From contig JBHGNT010000013.1 in assembly GCA_043228905.1 (NCBI GenBank), positions 9,610,001 through 9,674,000 of the forward strand: a stretch of 64,000 nucleotides of DNA, read 5' to 3'. Of this stretch, positions 61,201 through 64,000 are shown one piece after another. A program made the translations under genes and the position numbers. How positions within the stretch are numbered: position 1 is the stretch's first letter; each line of letters starts with the position of its first letter. A model generated the notes under the pieces. The model did not search any database. It saw only the letters and a program-made list of their open reading frames with translations, and was not told where the DNA came from. This DNA is from Azolla caroliniana (taxonomy: Eukaryota > Plantae > Polypodiophyta).

Positions 61201-64000
61201 TTTCTCTCTATCTATCTCTCTTTTCATCTCTCTCTCTCTCTCTTATCCCTCTCCTTAACGTTGAATTGCTGTACATCCGTCACTTCCGGAACCACCATAT
61301 TAACTGCTGGTCGTTTCTCGTAGCTCTTTACCGGGCACTGGTTACTGTAGTGGCCTTCCTGCCTGCAGTAGTAGCAGTACTCTTTACGGGTATTGCTGGA
61401 TTCAGCATTGCTGGTAGCCGGAGTCGGTCCCGTAGTGAGTGGTGCGTTCTGTGCCGGTTGGCTCCTTGGGGTTCCATGTTCCGGGTCCCTAGTGTGACCA
61501 CCTTTCTTGAAATTACGTTTCTTATTATTCTTATTTTTATTTCGGTAGTCCGGTCGTGGTGGATCGTAAAATCCTGTGTCGGTCGGTACCGGTTCATTTT
61601 TTGCCAACGATCTTCATCTTCGTCTTGGCTGCTTCTTGGCTCGATCCGTCGGACGGGTGGTGCTTGTCGGTTTAACAGGTTATACTCGCACCGGTCCGTT
61701 GTATGACTCTTGGATTGACAAATCACACACTGAGTGCGCATGGTGCACTCTACTGCCGAGTGTCCGGCATTCAAGCAGATTGTGCATTGAATTGCCTGCC
61801 GGAACCGGAGATCTTCCTCGGTGGGTAACGCCCGTTGCAGTGTTCCCAGCGTAAGCCATGAGCTTGTCTTTTCCATTTCTCTGACCCGGTCAATGACCTG
61901 ATCGATGGTGCATCCTCGAAAGTCGATCACCGTACACACCGTGCGCTAACAGGCCTTCCGGAGGGAGGAATTTTTCAGATTGATAATCCAACCTCGGAGC
62001 AACTCACCCGATATTTCGGTGAGTACTCTGTTGCCGGCAAAGGCTATCGAACGCAGGGCGGCGAAGATCCGTTGTTCAGGGAGATAGCTCGAGTGCTCCA
62101 TGAGTACGGCCACGTGTACCCCCGACCCCCTGTCATGCCAAAAAATCGGGCAGGGATGATCATAGCCACCTATGAAGGGACCAAGGTGGATTGGCCGGTG
62201 TTGATTGCAGACGGTTTGTGCGTGGCAATCGACATGGTACGAGGAAAGGACGGCAAGGAGGGCCGGAAGCTGTGGCATGCCGTCGCTCAGTGGATAACAT
62301 TGCTCGTGCCGCCGGTCGAGACCGTTCAGCCAAAGAAGCGGCCAAGAGTATCAGAAGGAAGCACCTCGAAGCCGGCGTCCAAACGACAGCAGCTGCTGGC
62401 GTCGAAGGCGACGAAAGGGAAGAAACGGGTCCCAGAACCGGAGGAGGTGTCACCGGTCCGACCGTCAAGATAACCTTACGGAGACCGGGACAGAAGGAAC
62501 CGGAACCCTTGACGGCACAGAAACATGCCGTGACACAGGAAGAGGAAACGGAGGAGCCAGAAGAGCACCTCCAACGACGGTCAAGAAGTAGGACCGCCGA
62601 GACAGGAGGGGAGCGGTCGTACCCGCGAGAGGCAGAAACGCCCCCAACTCAACCTGAGCAAACCACAAGGGAAGAACCGGAACCGGTGCGTAGGGAACCG
62701 GTCTTGTCGACTTCTATAGAAGAAGTCAGTCCAACGGCTCCGGAGACGGCGAGAACCGGAACTCAACAGCCGGCGAGCCCAGCCAGAGCACACGGCGGCC
62801 AAGGAGTAGAACCAGAACGGCATATGCAGGCACTCAGGCCAGACAATTCCACAGTGAATGAGCCGACCCGACCAGTACAGCAACAAGGCACCAGTAGCAT
62901 GTGGCTACGGTGGGTAGGCGAGCAAATCGCCGGAGTGGTCGAGTATATAGAGGCGGAAGAGAGAGCGCACCAGGAACGGTTGCTCGTCACAACCGTAGAT
63001 CTAGAGACGGCCCGGTCCAGAATCCGGAGCCTTGAACAAGACTTGGACAGGGTCACAAGGGAAATGGCTCAAGTGGCTGTGACAACACAAGTCCAAGCAC
63101 CGGTGACTCCGGGCAATGTACAGAATAAAGCGGCAGATCAACCTGTACATAGCAATCAGACCCCGGCAACGGAAACCGTTCCGGAGAGAAATGCGGCACA
63201 AGCCCAAGAGCTTGCGGATTTAAAGGATGAGCTTGCTGCCCAAGAAGCGCTGAGGAGCCGCGAAAGAGAATTGAAGACGGCAGCGGAGGTAGAACTCAAA
63301 AAGACTGCTGAGAATCTACGCCGGGCCGAGGAGAGCTTACGGAAAGGCCACCAAGCGTACGACCGGCTCAAGGAGGAGAAGGAGAAAATGCTGCAAGAGA
63401 AGGAGAGGCTCCGGAGGAACGCCGAAACAGAAGTAGAGCGCCTGAAAGAGGAACTCCGGCAGGTAAAGGACCGGGAGGACCGGAACCATCGCCAGATCAA
63501 CGGCAAGCTCAAACAAAAAACGGAGGAATTTGAGCAATTGCACCGGGAGTATAAACGGTTACAAACGGAGCACAAGGAACGGACGGATGAGCTCCGGCAA
63601 GCAGTTGATCGGACCGCAACCGCATTCGCCAAGGAACAAGCGGAAAACAGAAGACGGTTGGAAGAGGCGGAGAAGGTTCGGACAGAGCTCCTCAGGCAAC
63701 AGCAGGCGGAAAAAGAAAGAGCGGCGGAGGTACTGCAGAGGCTGCAAACGACATATCAAGGGCAGCTGACGCGCTACAGAGAGCAGGCGGAGGATACGGC
63801 AAATCTCATCAAGCAGTTGAAGGAGGAGCGACAAGTGGTGGAAAGCAGAGCACAAATGGGAGCAAGTCGCATCCAGGATATCATGTGGGCCTGGTTGAAC
63901 CAGACCAAGAGCTTGATTGACAACGGCTCCGTCAAATGGTGGACCCAGTGGGCCACGAACACGGCGGAACTCCAACTGCTCCGGGCCGACGTAGAGAACC
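58245..64000 (+). mobile_element. Second, rearranged copy of the 35474-45323 gypsy family (5' LTR 58245-58663, PBS, unrecognisable segment, inverted gag piece ~61272-61945, extra-ORF region from ~61940 to the window end)
   Basis: The LTR is the reverse complement of 44905-45323 with several substitutions, and tggcgaccac follows it. 61272-61945 matches 43005-43847 in the same orientation. 61940-64000 matches the reverse complement of about 38440-36380. Confidence 0.85.

Overview
Eukaryotic, transposon-dense plant DNA, probably from a non-seed land plant (inferred from retroelement types and intron style; no database search was possible). Most of the window is nested, largely decayed Ty1/copia and Ty3/gypsy LTR retroelements. 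It also holds one LINE 3' end, a small hAT-like element and one host gene (DnaJ + RRM, DNAJC17/Cwc23-like). The standout is a 9.3-kb cut-and-paste DNA transposon at 8143-17439 with 36-bp TIRs and a 4-bp ATAA target duplication, confirmed by empty-site copies in this window. It carries a Sola-like DDD transposase on the minus strand. Divergently, it carries an intact six-exon gene (974 aa by manual splicing) that fuses a ParB/Srx-like domain to a prokaryote-type beta-class amino (N6-adenine/N4-cytosine) DNA methyltransferase. Intron 1 of that gene holds a ~51-bp-period array of 12 CpG-rich palindromes. All protein family calls come from motifs read by eye.
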